Under the pieces are notes generated by a model, which worked only from the letters and a program-made list of their open reading frames with translations, searched no databases and was not told the DNA's origin. A DNA stretch of 56,715 nucleotides from Catajapyx aquilonaris (Eukaryota). Below, piece by piece: positions 54,593-56,715 of this stretch (position 1 is its first letter; every line of letters begins with the position of its first letter). The position numbers and the translations under genes were made by a program. The DNA lies in the NCBI GenBank assembly GCA_000934665.2, contig JYFJ02002466.1:1-56715 (forward strand), given 5' to 3'.

Positions 54593-55152
54593 TATGTCTG
54601 TCCCAAATTACAGAAGACACCCTGGTATTTACCAACTTCTTCAAATAGGTCAAGCCGTTCCTTTAATGAGTGGGAAGGAGAAAAATTCATAACCTTCTCC
54701 CCCCTCCCCCCCCCTGACCCTGGTTTAATAATAATTTAGGTAGGCCTACTAATAAGCATGGGTTCACATTTCTATTCTACAATTCGCTTTGTACCTCTAG
54801 ACAAGGCATTTGTAGCCATTCAACACCTTTTTTTTGAAAAGTCTAATAATATATTATATGATCACAGGAAGCAGGAAATCATGATAACTCCACTTTACAC
54901 CACCATCTCCCCCAGGGTATAATTATGTAGACCTATACTGGCCTGTTGGTCACTAATTTTATACTGGCAAGCCACTCTGAGTGAAAGTTTAGTAACTACT
55001 GTACATTGTAATGTAGCATAATTTTATGTTATCACTTCGTATGCTGCTTTAAAAGAGACTGAAATTGCATGCACGACTAGGTACTGCACAAAACACACAT
55101 AATTGCACTTTTTAGCTCAAATTGCTGTTACACAATATTACGTGACTTGTAT

Positions 55153-55505
55153 AGGGGAGGCGAAGTGGCGCTGCGGTAACATATGCGCCCACAAATGGAA
55201 TGGTCCCGGGTTCGATACCAGCCCAGGCTCTCCCCCCTTCATCTCCTGCAGTTGGGTCGTCTCTGGCTTCGTCTTGGGTCGTATCTGCGCTAGACTAATC
55301 CACCCGGGGGAGTTCACAGTTACAGACATTGCACTTGCACCTTGCACATCCCCTCCTAGTTACCCTGCCCATGGACCCGGGCGCTTCGCAAAAAGGTACC
55401 CACATGTACAATGTACACAAGGCCTAACAAATAAATAAAGGTCCGTGCAATATCTCCTGAGGTGGAGGTCCGCACTACCCAAATCATCATCATCACCATC
55501 ATCAA

Positions 55506-55542
<37 letters not shown>
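55153..55542 (+). mobile_element. tRNA-derived SINE family B, full-length, (ATC)n tail
   Basis: A box TGGCGCTGCGG, B box GGTTCGATACC; body shared with 42147-42467. Confidence 0.85.
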
Positions 55543-55543
<1 letters not shown>

Positions 55544-55964
55544 AGTGCCTTGTATGTGTATGACACTGTACCTTATTCTTGCATTTCAGTCCACCTGAGA
55601 ATAAAGCGGCTTGGTCACAACTTATGGGATCCTTCTGACAGCTTGTTGGGATGAAGAAAAAAAAGAAGCAAAAAGTGATGGGGCTGGCATTTAGATTCCA
55701 TGTTCAGAATCTAAATTAAAAAGTGACATCCCAAATTTTGGCCAAGAGGCATTCAATTTCAAAATCTACCTGTGAGGAATCAAAAAATTCTTGTGGATCT
55801 TCAGCAGGCCTACATTACAAACTGAAATAAAAACTTTATAATTTCGTAAATGAAAAGTATTTTTTACAGAGCAGCAGAATGGACCAGGCAGGTTTCAGGG
55901 GTGTTGGTGCAAAATGCTGAGACTTTCCATAATGTATTACTTTTCAGGAAAAAAAACCTTATTA

Positions 55965-56120
55965 CAGTAAGTTGACTCCAGACATAACAGCCTCACCTAT
56001 AAACAGACTTTTGGTTATAACAGACCCGAAAGGCCGGTCCCGGCAAACTTCCATAAGGCCCTGTGTATTTTTACTCTTCATATAACACTCATTTTCACCT
56101 CACCTCGGCTATAACAGACC
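55965..56120. mobile_element. Tigger/pogo-like MITE fragment
   Basis: GTTGACTCCAGACATAAC...GGTTATAACAGACCCGAAAGGCCGGTCCC; related to the fragments at 14630 and 50020. Confidence 0.55.
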
Positions 56121-56590
56121 ATATTTTGGCCCCTCGGTGGGAAAATCAGCTGTTTTTTATTACTAAACTGCCTTCCCCATGTGCAAGAAGCAGATAATAC
56201 TGGAGCGGGGGTGATTTTTGTCATAGATATGATTTAATATCTGAGGAGCTCCTTTACACTTGCAGAAAAGGTCAAAATCACACTTTTCCTGAATGTATTT
56301 GGCAACAAGGTACTAATAAGTATGGGTTCACATTTCTATTCTACAATTCGTTTTGTACCTCTAGACAAGGCATTTGTATAGCCATTCCAACACTTTTTTT
56401 TTTTGAAAAGTCTAATAATTATCAGAGGAAGCAGGAAATCATGATAACTCCACTTTACACCACCATCTCCCCCAGGGAATACGTACTGGCATGCCACTCT
56501 GAGTGAAAATCTAGTAACTATATTGTAATGTAGCATAATTTAATGTTATCACTTTAAGGTATATATACTTTATATATATATACTTTAAGG

Positions 56591-56708
56591 TAGTCTGGTG
56601 ACCCGGGGTAGCTTGCCCCCTGGGGTAACTGGTTGTTTACTGCTATCCTCTTACATATGCTGCCATGGTGATTGCCCCCGGGATAGCTTACCCTGGGTCA
56701 CTAGACTA
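56591..56708. mobile_element. Short palindromic MITE
   Basis: TAGTCTGGTGACCCGGGGTAGCT / AGCTTACCCTGGGTCACTAGACTA. Confidence 0.65.
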
Positions 56709-56715
56709 GGGGCCT

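Larger units (their letters stand above)
54747..56554. repeat. Dispersed direct duplication: 54747-55037 and 56311-56554
   Basis: High-identity colinear match apart from indels (TACTAATAAG.ATGGGTTCACATTTCTATTCTACAATTCG ... TGTAATGTAGCATAATTT.ATGTTATCACTT). Confidence 0.9.

Overview
Repeat-rich eukaryotic window. It is most likely from an arthropod, inferred from a divergent ionotropic receptor and insect-type mariner and SINE families. I reconstructed spliced genes by hand from GT/GC-AG sites and frame continuity. (1) The first four coding exons of a mitochondrial thiamine-pyrophosphate carrier (SLC25A19-like, minus strand); I could not find the rest in the window. (2) A divergently oriented zucchini/PLD6-like gene that appears pseudogenised, with a nonsense codon, a frameshift and a 102-bp palindromic MITE inside coding exon 2, although its HKD exon is intact. 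(3) A 4-exon, about 709-aa ionotropic receptor (minus). (4) A 6-exon Mpv17-like gene (plus) with a GC-AG intron and a 57-nt symmetric micro-exon. (5) An intronless tRNA-Arg(TCT). (6) An unrecognised 259-aa coiled-coil ORF. The rest is dense, often nested, non-autonomous transposons: Tc1/mariner foldbacks, piggyBac-, hAT-, Harbinger-, Sola-, P- and Kolobok-like MITEs, three tRNA-SINE families and LINE fragments. No intact transposase is present. I see no convincing wholly new biological system. The most notable observations are the transposon-disrupted piRNA-pathway nuclease gene, the recurrent foldback elements built from two transposase 3' ends, and a chimeric SINE. All family names come from recognised motifs, not from database searches.
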